Assembly: GCA_944346885.1 (NCBI GenBank)
Contig: CALVMR010000022.1
Location: 5,924 to 69,923 of the forward strand
Origin: an uncultured Clostridia bacterium
GTDB taxonomy: Bacteria > Bacillota > Clostridia > Christensenellales > Borkfalkiaceae
DNA: 64,000 nt
Reading direction: 5' to 3'
Shown here one piece after another: positions 8,736 through 16,921 of this stretch. The translations under genes were made by a program, and so were the position numbers. Under the pieces are notes generated by a model. The model saw only the letters and a list, made by a program, of their open reading frames with translations, was not told the origin of the DNA and made no database searches. How positions within the stretch are numbered: the first letter of the stretch is position 1; every line of letters starts with the position of its first letter.

Positions 8736-9407
8736 ATGAAACATACGATCCAAACCAAATCAAAAGAGCGCGTGCGCGACCACGGGGAAGTATTCACGGC
8801 GGAACGGGAAGTAAAGGCGATGTGCGACCTCGTAAAAGACGAAACCGAGCGCATCGACAGCCGATTTTTAGAGCCTGCCTGCGGGGACGGCAACTTTTTG
8901 GCCGAAATTCTGACGCGCAAACTCGCCGTTGTGCGCAAAAAGTACGTCAAAAGCCATTTAGACTACGAAAAAAACGCCGTACTTGCGGCAAGCAGTATTT
9001 ACGGCGTGGATATTTTGCAAGACAATGTGATCGCCTGCCGCGAGCGGATGTTCGGGATATGGGATAAAGAGTACACCGCCGTATGCAAAAAAGATTGCAA
9101 CGACGAAACGCGCGCGGCGGTCAAATTTATCCTTTCCCGCAATATCGTATGCGGAAATGCGCTCACGCTTATGTGCGTGGACGAAAGCGGCAACGACACA
9201 AAAGAGCCGATCGTCTTTTCCGAATGGGCGTTTATCACGGGCAGCCAAATGCAGCGGTGCGATTATACGTTTGCGGAACTGCTCGCCCAAGATGACAACA
9301 AGCAAAAGTCAAAACAACAATCTATATTTGACGCTAAGCCGAGCGAAGAGGGCAAATTTTTGAAGCGGTATATTTCTCACTACAGGAAGGTGCAGGAAAA
9401 TGGCTGA
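8736..9407 (+). CDS. Methyltransferase-like protein: a SAM-binding half of a gamma-class N6A DNA methyltransferase, lacking the catalytic NPPY motif
   Basis: 223 aa. Motifs: HGEVFTAEREV (N-terminal GEVFTP-like), FLEPACGDGNFL (motif I), YGVDIL (motif II-like), NIVCGNALTL (motif III-like). There is no (D/N/S)PP(Y/F/W) anywhere. It overlaps the next ORF by 8 nt (ATGGCTGA). Confidence 0.6.
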   Translation: MKHTIQTKSKERVRDHGEVFTAEREVKAMCDLVKDETERIDSRFLEPACGDGNFLAEILTRKLAVVRKKYVKSHLDYEKNAVLAASSIYGVDILQDNVIACRERMFGIWDKEYTAVCKKDCNDETRAAVKFILSRNIVCGNALTLMCVDESGNDTKEPIVFSEWAFITGSQMQRCDYTFAELLAQDDNKQKSKQQSIFDAKPSEEGKFLKRYISHYRKVQENG

Positions 9408-10908
9408 AAGTCTGTTTAACAAGGTATATACCCCCGACGTACTATCCTGCCTTGCCAACCTTTCCAACGACGAAGTATTTACGCCGCCCGAAATCGTCAA
9501 TCAGATGCTGGATATGCTGCCGCAGGAACTGTTCAAAAACCCCGACACGACGTTTTTAGACCCTGCCTGCAAGACAGGCGTATTTTTGCGAGAGATCGCA
9601 AAACGGCTCATCAAGGGGTTAGAACCACAATTCCCCGATTTGCAGGAACGCATCGACCATATCTTCCACAAACAGCTCTTCGGCATCGCCATTACGGAAC
9701 TTACAAGCCTGCTATCCCGCCGCGGCATTTATTGCAGTAAGTACCCGAACAGCGAATTTTCGGTAAGCCGTTTTGATACTGCCGAAGGGAATATCCGCTA
9801 TAAGCGTATTCCGCATACATGGAAAGACGGCAAGTGCATCTATTGCGGCGCAAGCCAAAAGGAATACGACCGCGGCGGCGAGCTAGAAACGCACGCCTAC
9901 GAATTTATTCACACGATAACCCCGGAGAAACTTTTCGATATGAAATTTGATGTGATCATCGGCAACCCGCCCTATCAGTTGAGCGACGGCGGCGCACAAG
10001 CAAGTTCAATGCCGCTGTATCAAAAATTTGTCTCCCAGGCAAAAAAATTAAACCCGCGCTATTTAACCATGATAATCCCTGCTCGTTGGTACGCCGGCGG
10101 CAAAGGATTGGATGATTTCCGTAATAATATGTTACATGATAGACATATTAGTCATTTACATGATTTTCCCATATCTTCTGATTGTTTTCCAGGGGTACAA
10201 GTAGAGGGCGGCGTTTGTTTTTTTCTATGGGATAAAGAGTATAACGGAGATTGTTCCGTGATAACACATAACGGAAATAAAATAACCTCAATAGCGAAAA
10301 GACCTCTTTTACAAGAAGACAGCGCAACTTTTATCCGTTATAACGACGCAATTAACATCCTCAATAAAGTGAAAAAATTTGCCGCTCCTTCATTCTGCTC
10401 ATTAGTCAGCAGCAGAAAGCCTTTTGGACTAACCTCAACGTTTAATTCTTTTTTAGATAAACCTAATGTAGATAGTATAAAAATTTATGCCAATAAAAAA
10501 ATAGGCTATATTGAAAATATTTACATAACGACAAATAGAGACTGGCTAACACGGTACAAAGTCTATATAAGTTATGCTTATGGCATGGGCGATACTTTTC
10601 CTGTTCAAGTAATTAATAAACCTTTTATAGGAGAACCACAGACAGGCTGTACGGAAACATACTTATTGATAGGACCATTTGACACAAAAAAAATAGCGAA
10701 TAATGTTATAAGTTATATTAAGACTAAATTTTTTAGATTTTTAGTATTATTGATGAAAAATACGCAACATGCCACCAACAAAGTTTATCAATTCGTTCCC
10801 ATGCAAGACTTTTCAAAACCGTGGACAGACGAAGAACTATATCAAAAATACGATCTTTCGCAAGAGGAAATCGACTTTATCGAAAGCATGATAAAACCCA
10901 TGGAGTAG
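9400..10908 (+). CDS. Site-specific DNA adenine-N6 methyltransferase, Eco57I/TaqI-like gamma class, with a C-terminal recognition domain
   Basis: DEVFTPPEIVNQMLDMLP, FLDPACKTGVFL (motif I), DVIIGNPPYQ (motif IV). There is a Cys/His insert (CIYCG...HAYEFIH) and a conserved tail, WTDEELYQKYDLSQEEIDFIESMI. Confidence 0.85.
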   Translation: MAESLFNKVYTPDVLSCLANLSNDEVFTPPEIVNQMLDMLPQELFKNPDTTFLDPACKTGVFLREIAKRLIKGLEPQFPDLQERIDHIFHKQLFGIAITELTSLLSRRGIYCSKYPNSEFSVSRFDTAEGNIRYKRIPHTWKDGKCIYCGASQKEYDRGGELETHAYEFIHTITPEKLFDMKFDVIIGNPPYQLSDGGAQASSMPLYQKFVSQAKKLNPRYLTMIIPARWYAGGKGLDDFRNNMLHDRHISHLHDFPISSDCFPGVQVEGGVCFFLWDKEYNGDCSVITHNGNKITSIAKRPLLQEDSATFIRYNDAINILNKVKKFAAPSFCSLVSSRKPFGLTSTFNSFLDKPNVDSIKIYANKKIGYIENIYITTNRDWLTRYKVYISYAYGMGDTFPVQVINKPFIGEPQTGCTETYLLIGPFDTKKIANNVISYIKTKFFRFLVLLMKNTQHATNKVYQFVPMQDFSKPWTDEELYQKYDLSQEEIDFIESMIKPME

Positions 10909-10914
10909 CACGCC

Positions 10915-13815
10915 ATGCCACAAAACTTTTTCATTCAGCGGCCGAAGGTCACGCCAACCATTTACGCCTATCTCCTTATAGGCGTTTCCTCGCACGACGG
11001 GTACTTAAAAATCGGCTACACCGACCGCGATGCGGAAACGCGCGTCAAAGAGCAATTACATACAAGCGGCGTGCCGTATCAGATCGTCTTGAAAGAGAGC
11101 GCCATGCGTGCGGACGGCACTTGTTTTACCGACCATGATATTCATGCCGCCCTGCGCCGCAAAGGGTTTTACCAATTAAACGAAGGGCAGGATAAAAACG
11201 AATGGTTCCGCTGCGGCGAGCGCGACGTGCTTGCCGCCATCCATGAGGTGCGCGACGGCATCTTATCGCAGGAAAACCGCACGGCGACCTTCAAAATGCG
11301 CCCCGAACAGCAGCTCGCCGTGCAAAAGACGATGGACTATTTTGCTTCCGCAAAACAGGAAGAGCCGAACAAAGCCCCGAAATTTTTGTGGAACGCGAAA
11401 ATGCGCTTCGGCAAGACGTTCGCCGCCTATCAGCTCGCCAAAAAAATGGGCTTGAAGCGCGTTCTTGTGCTCACTTTCAAGCCCGCGGTTGAGAGCGCTT
11501 GGCGGGAAGACCTTTTAACGCACGTCGATTTTGAGGGCTGGCAGTTTATCTCCAACAAGGACGCACACGACAACAAAGTCAACATCGACCGCCAATACGA
11601 GCAGGCGGATAAAAGCCGCCCGATCGTTGTGTTCGGTTCTTTTCAAGACCTTTTGGGAACAAACGAAAACGGCGGCATCAAAGCAAAAAACGAGTTCATT
11701 CACAGCGACAACTGGGATCTCGTCGTGTTCGACGAATACCACTTCGGAGCATGGCGCGAAAACGCGAAAAAGCTGTTTGATAACCCTGACGAAGAAGCGG
11801 ACAGCGACTTCGATATGGAAAAATACAAGCGCGATGAGGCGGATAACGCTTATAACGAGACCTTTCTGCCCATCACGACGGACTATTACCTCTTTTTATC
11901 GGGCACGCCCTTCCGCGCCATTAACAGCGGCGAATTTATCGAAGATCAGATCTACAACTGGACGTATTCGGACGAACAGCGCGCCAAAGAGAGTTGGATA
12001 GGCTCGAACAACCCCTACCTGTCTTTGCCGCGCATGGTGATGCTCACCTACCGCATCCCCGAAAGCATCCGCCAGATCGCCATACAGGGCGAATACGACG
12101 AATTCGACCTCAACGTGTTCTTTTCCGCAAAGGGTAAGGGCGACGACGCGCATTTTATCTACGAGAATGAAGTGCAAAAATGGCTCGACCTCATCCGCGG
12201 CGCCTATTTGCCTTCGAGCATCGACGACTTGAAATTGGGGCAGGACAAGCGCCCTCCCATGCCCTATTCGGACGTGCGGCTGCTGAACGTTTTGACGCAT
12301 ACCCTATGGTTTTTGCCCAATGTGGCGAGCTGCCAGGCGATGGCAAACCTCTTAAAACAGCGGCAGAACGCCTTCTATCACGATTATACCGTCAACGTGT
12401 GCGCGGGCACGGCGGCGGGCATCGGGCTGGACGCATTGCGTCCCGTACAGGCTTCCATGCAGGACCCGCTGCAAAGCAAGACGATCACTCTCTCCTGCGG
12501 CAAATTGACGACGGGCGTCACCATCCGTCCGTGGACGGGCATCTTTATGCTGCGCAACTTAAAATCGCCCGAAACGTATTTTCAGGCGGCGTTCCGCGTG
12601 CAGAGCCCGTGGGAAATCACCGACGACAACGGCGACAAGCGCATCATAAAGCAGGAATGTTATGTGTTCGACTTCGCGCTCGACAGGGCACTTAGGCAGA
12701 TCTCCGACTATTCCTGCCGCCTCAACGTCGAGGAGAGCAACCCCGAAAAGAAGGTGGCGGAGTTCATTCACTTCCTGCCCGTGCTTGCCTACGACGGCAG
12801 CACGATGAAGCAGGTAGACGCGCAGGACATCCTCGACATCGCCATGGCGGGAACGAGCGCAACGCTGCTTGCCAAGCGTTGGGAATCGGCTTTGCTCGTC
12901 AATGTGGATAACGAAACGCTCGCCCGCTTGTTGAGCAATCAGGACGCGTTGGACGCACTCATGCGTATCGAGGGTTTCCGCTCGCTCAATCAGGATATTG
13001 AAACTATCATTAATAAGTCCGAACACGTCAAAAAGGCGAAAAAAGAAAACGACGGGAAAATTTCGGCCAAAGAGAAAAAGGAACTTTCCGACGAAGAAAA
13101 GGAATATAAGTCCAAACGCAAGGAGATCCAGGAAAAACTCATCAAGTTCGCCACGCGCGTGCCGGTGTTTATGTATCTGACCGATTACCGCGAACGCTCG
13201 CTCAAAGACGTAATCACGCAGTTGGAGCCGGGGCTTTTCAAAAAGGTAACGGGGCTGAACGTCAAAGATTTTGAACTTTTGTGTTCTCTCGGCGTGTTCA
13301 ATGCTCCGCTGATGAACGACGCGATCTTTAAATTCAAACGCTACGAAGATTCGAGCCTTTCCTATACGGGCATTGAAAAGCATATTTCCGACGAGATCGG
13401 CGGCTGGGATACTACGATCCGCCGCGAGGAATACGAAAAGCTGTTCTATAATCAACAAGCCACGATGGAGACGCCCGCCTTTGATGAAGAGATCGCGGCG
13501 GCTGCGGTCAGCGCCCGCGTTTCGGAAAAAGAGGGCGATTTTGAGAATGCAATGAAAGCCGATACCGCGACCGTCGATGCCGCACCGCCTGCCGTCTACA
13601 CGACCATTGCCGAAGTAACGCCCGAAAAACAGGCGCCAGCATTCGATCTTTCCGCTCTTGCGGAAGGAGACACAGTTCTGCACGCCAAGTTCGGCGAAGG
13701 GAAGATCGTCAAGCTCGACAAGTCGGGGAAATATATTCACGTCACTTTCTCCGTCGGCGAAAAAACCTTTGCAAACAACGCCTTTGAACAGGGATTTTTG
13801 AGATTGAAGGAATAA
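10915..13815 (+). CDS. Restriction-type SF2 helicase with an N-terminal GIY-YIG/T5orf172-like nuclease domain and a C-terminal UvrD/PcrA Tudor-like domain
   Basis: N-terminus: TIYAYLL...GYLKIGYTDRDAETRVKEQL...NEWF (GIY-YIG/T5orf172 pattern). Helicase motifs: I AKMRFGKTF, II VVFDEYHF, III FLSGTPF, VI-like FQAAFRVQSP. C-terminus: GDTVLHAKFGEGKIVKLDKSGKYIHVTF. Confidence 0.8.
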   Translation: MPQNFFIQRPKVTPTIYAYLLIGVSSHDGYLKIGYTDRDAETRVKEQLHTSGVPYQIVLKESAMRADGTCFTDHDIHAALRRKGFYQLNEGQDKNEWFRCGERDVLAAIHEVRDGILSQENRTATFKMRPEQQLAVQKTMDYFASAKQEEPNKAPKFLWNAKMRFGKTFAAYQLAKKMGLKRVLVLTFKPAVESAWREDLLTHVDFEGWQFISNKDAHDNKVNIDRQYEQADKSRPIVVFGSFQDLLGTNENGGIKAKNEFIHSDNWDLVVFDEYHFGAWRENAKKLFDNPDEEADSDFDMEKYKRDEADNAYNETFLPITTDYYLFLSGTPFRAINSGEFIEDQIYNWTYSDEQRAKESWIGSNNPYLSLPRMVMLTYRIPESIRQIAIQGEYDEFDLNVFFSAKGKGDDAHFIYENEVQKWLDLIRGAYLPSSIDDLKLGQDKRPPMPYSDVRLLNVLTHTLWFLPNVASCQAMANLLKQRQNAFYHDYTVNVCAGTAAGIGLDALRPVQASMQDPLQSKTITLSCGKLTTGVTIRPWTGIFMLRNLKSPETYFQAAFRVQSPWEITDDNGDKRIIKQECYVFDFALDRALRQISDYSCRLNVEESNPEKKVAEFIHFLPVLAYDGSTMKQVDAQDILDIAMAGTSATLLAKRWESALLVNVDNETLARLLSNQDALDALMRIEGFRSLNQDIETIINKSEHVKKAKKENDGKISAKEKKELSDEEKEYKSKRKEIQEKLIKFATRVPVFMYLTDYRERSLKDVITQLEPGLFKKVTGLNVKDFELLCSLGVFNAPLMNDAIFKFKRYEDSSLSYTGIEKHISDEIGGWDTTIRREEYEKLFYNQQATMETPAFDEEIAAAAVSARVSEKEGDFENAMKADTATVDAAPPAVYTTIAEVTPEKQAPAFDLSALAEGDTVLHAKFGEGKIVKLDKSGKYIHVTFSVGEKTFANNAFEQGFLRLKE

Positions 13816-13875
13816 ATTGCAAATTTTATCAGATCATCAGGTTGCGCCGAAACTCATAAACCTTGATCAACGGCT

Positions 13876-13911
13876 ACGGCGGGGGCTTCGTATGAAGCCC
13901 CCGCCGTTTTT
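13876..13911 (+). terminator. Intrinsic terminator of the methyltransferase/helicase operon
   Basis: ACGGCGGGGGCTTC-gtat-GAAGCCCCCGCCGT followed by TTTT. It abuts the stop codon of the convergent 148-aa gene. Confidence 0.8.
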
Positions 13912-14356
13912 ACAACTTCTTGTTTTTGAATATATCTGGATAATTATCTCTTAATAATTTTTCGTTTTTAGCAATATTTTTACATAATATTGCGCCATAA
14001 ATTACTTTTCTACTATTAAGATACTTGCGCCTGTTTAATTGAAGGGTAGCCGTTGATTTGCGACTTTTCATATGATCATACAACCGAAATCCTAGATCGC
14101 TATCTTTACCCCAATATAACGGATAAATATTTCCATCTATAGGCTTCCATTCATTAAAACTTAAAGATGAATTTTTATTATGTTTCTCAAAAAAATCTTC
14201 TTTTTCATCATCCGCTAATTCAATAGCTATACCATAAACCCCACCCCGTTCTTCTAATTTACACCCATCGTCTGAAAATGTAATAGTTCCGGCTAAACAA
14301 TCTAAATAATCATCTTTAATTAGTCTTTTCATTAACAAAGTAATCGCATTGTCCAT
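13910..14356 (-). CDS. Hypothetical small protein with possible GIY-YIG-like motifs
   Basis: 148 aa, very AT-rich. GVYGIAIE ... PLYWGKDSDLGFRLYDHM ... NEKLLRDNYPDIF loosely follows the GIY / YIG-K-x-x-L-x-x-R / E...P pattern, but with an unusually long GIY-to-YIG spacer. Confidence 0.35.
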   Translation of the reverse strand: MDNAITLLMKRLIKDDYLDCLAGTITFSDDGCKLEERGGVYGIAIELADDEKEDFFEKHNKNSSLSFNEWKPIDGNIYPLYWGKDSDLGFRLYDHMKSRKSTATLQLNRRKYLNSRKVIYGAILCKNIAKNEKLLRDNYPDIFKNKKL

Positions 14357-14381
14357 GGCTTTCTCCTTTTAAATAAATTTT

Positions 14382-14421
14382 AAAGGCGAATCCGTCTCCT
14401 AATGGAAACGGGTTCGCCTTT
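14382..14421 (-). terminator. Terminator of the tRNA operon
   Basis: 14-bp stem AAAGGCGAATCCGT / ACGGGTTCGCCTTT (one G-U pair), followed in minus sense by TAAAATTTATTT. Confidence 0.65.
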
Positions 14422-14429
14422 AACTTGTT

Positions 14430-14504
14430 TGGTGACCCCACCGGGACTCGAACCCGGGTTACCGCCGTGAAAGGGCGATGTCTTAACCGCTTGACCATGG
14501 GGCC
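14430..14504 (-). tRNA. tRNA-Glu (anticodon UUC), CCA encoded
   Basis: In minus sense, GGCCCCATGGTCAAGCGGTTAAGACATCGCCCTTTCACGGCGGTAACCCGGGTTCGAGTCCCGGTGGGGTCACCA. It has a 7-bp acceptor stem, anticodon loop CTTTCAC and a GGTTCGAGTCC T-arm. Confidence 0.93.
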
Positions 14505-14564
14505 GTATGAAACCGCGTTGCCGCGGGGTTGTGCGCTCTTTGCCGCAAGTGCCGCAAAGATCTT

Positions 14565-14641
14565 TGGTAGCGGCGGTGGGACTCGAACCTACGACCTATC
14601 GGGTATGAACCGATCGCTATAACCAACTAAGCTACGCCGCC
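14565..14641 (-). tRNA. tRNA with CAU anticodon: elongator tRNA-Met. A lysidine-modified tRNA-Ile2 cannot be excluded by eye.
   Basis: In minus sense, GGCGGCGTAGCTTAGTTGGTTATAGCGATCGGTTCATACCCGATAGGTCGTAGGTTCGAGTCCCACCGCCGCTACCA. G1-C72 is paired, and the anticodon stem lacks the three G-C pairs typical of an initiator. Confidence 0.85.
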
Positions 14642-14817
14642 ATAAAAAACGCCTTTGTAGCCGCGCCGCAAAGGCTGTTTTCCGTTTCCGCTTTTCAGCA
14701 GGGTCCCCGAAAATCGCAGGGCACAGCCTAGGATTTTTGGGAAAAAGGAGGAACCGATGCCGATGCAAAGAGTTTACGCACAGCGCAGACTCTTGCAAAA
14801 CGCATCGCGTTCCGACG

Positions 14818-14894
<77 letters not shown>

Positions 14895-14924
14895 ATAAGA
14901 CCCCTTCCGAGGAAACGCTATATA

Positions 14925-14953
14925 ATTTTATAGCAAGACGGCGGGTTTGTCAA
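14925..14953 (-). promoter_or_regulatory. Strong sigma-A-type promoter of the tRNA operon
   Basis: In minus sense, TTGACA-17 nt-TAAAAT, about 30 nt upstream of tRNA-fMet. Confidence 0.65.
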
Positions 14954-15263
14954 CTGTTTTTGCGCCGCTTTTTCTTCGGGGCGCACAATTTTATGCAAAA
15001 GGTTCTGCCGCGCCGAACCGCACGGCTTCCCCGAAGGGCTAGAACCGAAGATCGAAGGCTGAGCCGCCCGCGGCGGCAACAAACGGCGAAGCAGCCCGCT
15101 CGCCCGCGCGGCACACGCCCGCGGCGTATTTGCGCCGCCGCGCAGGAGAATGCACGCGCAGCCGTTCCCCTTTCGGGAAAAGCAACAAAGAAAAAACCGA
15201 ACCGATGCGCCGCGGCACACATGTGCCGCGGCGCAATGCCCGTTGCGGCGCAGCCCGCCGCCG

Positions 15264-15296
15264 TGAAAACAGCCTTTCCGCACTGCGGAAAGGCTG
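15264..15296 (-). terminator. Intrinsic terminator after the hydrogenase gene
   Basis: 12-bp stem CAGCCTTTCCGC / GCGGAAAGGCTG with a 3-nt loop, followed in minus sense by TTTT. Confidence 0.6.
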
Positions 15297-15338
15297 AAAA
15301 ACGATACGCCGCACCAACGCGGCAACGCCCTTTTCCGT

Positions 15339-16787
15339 TTATTTTTCCGAATCCAAACTCAATTGGTACAGCTTTACCGAATTGCCGATGGTCTTTTCCT
15401 TGGCGGATGCGCCGTATTTATCCACGTCCACCACGTTTTTGGGTCCGTGGTTCAAACACAGCGCGCCGTTGAGACAGCCCCCGTCGCACGCCATGCCCTC
15501 GAAAAAGTTTTCCGTTGCGCGGTTGAATTTGAGCCTTGTAAGCGCGGCGCGGCATTCGTCTATGCCGTTCATGGCGAGCGGTTTTACGCCCTCCACGCCC
15601 ATTTCTTGGGCGACGTCTGCAATGCCCTGCGCGATGCCGCCGCTCTTGGCAAAGATGCGCCCGTAAAACGAGGCGTTGTCCAGCACCGTTTCTTCCAGCG
15701 AGGCGACGTCGATATCCCGCGCGTCCAAAAACGCCTGCAATTCTTCAAACGAGAGCACGCAGTCGATCGCGCCCTTTGTTTTGGGCAGGCGGAACTCCGC
15801 CTTTTTGCTGGAACAAGGCCCGATAAAGATGACCTTGCCCGCAGGGTCCGTGCGCTTGATGAGCATCGCCGCTTCGACCATGGGAGAAACAGAGTGCGAA
15901 ACGTATTTGGCAAGTTCGGGGAAATTCTTTTCCACGAACATCACGAACGAGGGGCAGCAAGACGTGGTCAAAACGCCCTTCTCCTTCCATTCCTGCGCCT
16001 CGTGGTACAGGGTGATATCCGCACCGAGCGCAGCCTCCACCACCTGATGAAAGCCCAGCCTGCGGATCCCGGAGACGACTTGCTCGATCTTGGCGTATTT
16101 GAACTGGCTGACGATGGAGGGCGCGATGACGGCGTACACATGGTACTTTTGCCCGTTTTCGCTCTCCTTTAAAATGCGGATGGCGTCCATCACAAAGGAT
16201 TTATCGACGACGGCGCCGAAGGGGCACTGGTAGACGCACGCGCCGCACATGATGCATTTATCGTTGTCGATGACCGCCTTTTTATCCTCGCCGACGGAGA
16301 TCGCCTTGACCTTGCAGGAGGCGACGCACGGGCGTTTTTGCGCAATGATCGCGCCGTACGGGCACGCCTGCGTGCACTTGCCGCATTCGATGCACTTGGA
16401 TTTATCCACCACCGCACGATGGTCGATGATCTGGATCGCCTCTTTCGGGCACACTTCCTGACAGCGGTGCACGATGCAGCCGCGGCAGGCAGGGGTCACG
16501 AAAATGCCGCCGATGGGGCACTCGTCGCAGGCGATATCGATGACTTCCACCACGTTCGGGTTGCTCTTGTTGCCGCCGAGGGCGAGCTTGATGCGTTCCT
16601 GCACGATGGCGCGCTCTTTGAACACGCAGCAGCGCATGGTGGCTTTGGGACCGGGAGAGATCTCCTTGGGCACGTCTATGTACAAATTTTCATAGCAATG
16701 CTCGTACTCGTTGCGGATGACCGCTTTAAGCACGTCGTATTTCAGCTTTTGTACCGCTGTATCGAAAATACGTTTGTTATCGGGCAT
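15339..16787 (-). CDS. [FeFe]-hydrogenase, monomeric ferredoxin-type (group B-like), with multiple 4Fe-4S ferredoxin motifs
   Basis: Start set at ATG 16787 (MPDNKRIF...). CxxCxxCxxxCP clusters are CIECGKCTQACP and CIMCGACVYQCP. H-cluster motifs are TTSCCPSF (P1), GPCSSKKAE (P2) and EGMACDGGCLNG (P3). Confidence 0.8.
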   Translation of the reverse strand: MPDNKRIFDTAVQKLKYDVLKAVIRNEYEHCYENLYIDVPKEISPGPKATMRCCVFKERAIVQERIKLALGGNKSNPNVVEVIDIACDECPIGGIFVTPACRGCIVHRCQEVCPKEAIQIIDHRAVVDKSKCIECGKCTQACPYGAIIAQKRPCVASCKVKAISVGEDKKAVIDNDKCIMCGACVYQCPFGAVVDKSFVMDAIRILKESENGQKYHVYAVIAPSIVSQFKYAKIEQVVSGIRRLGFHQVVEAALGADITLYHEAQEWKEKGVLTTSCCPSFVMFVEKNFPELAKYVSHSVSPMVEAAMLIKRTDPAGKVIFIGPCSSKKAEFRLPKTKGAIDCVLSFEELQAFLDARDIDVASLEETVLDNASFYGRIFAKSGGIAQGIADVAQEMGVEGVKPLAMNGIDECRAALTRLKFNRATENFFEGMACDGGCLNGALCLNHGPKNVVDVDKYGASAKEKTIGNSVKLYQLSLDSEK

Positions 16788-16921
16788 GATACACCTACCA
16801 AAAAAACTTATCGTTTGGATCGTCCGTTTTGCCTGCCGCGCCGCATACGGTCTGCGCGGAGATTTTGCAAAGCTCTCTCCGCTTGCCTGCACCCGATCGA
16901 AGCGGCACGGAATATACCTTT

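Larger units (their letters stand above)
5780..14430. other. Compositionally mosaic accessory (defence-type) island adjacent to tRNA-Glu
   Basis: There is a visible drop from the GC-rich backbone to intermediate and very AT-rich blocks. It holds eight accessory ORFs, and no integrase or transposase is seen. Confidence 0.7.

Noticed and set aside
14651-14675. Hairpin GCCTTTG-N11-CAAAGGC plus T-run abutting the 5' end of tRNA-Met, a possible internal terminator
   Set aside because: It has only a 7-bp stem with an 11-nt loop. A functional terminator here would leave tRNA-Met and tRNA-Glu without a promoter. It is more likely a processing-site structure or a chance match.
14954-15263. ORFs 14858-15472 (+), 14918-15325 (-) and others in the GC-rich spacer between the tRNA promoter and the hydrogenase terminator
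   Set aside because: They are mutually overlapping, Arg/Ala/Pro-rich, and lack an RBS and motifs. I treat the ~300 bp as noncoding, although its function is unknown.
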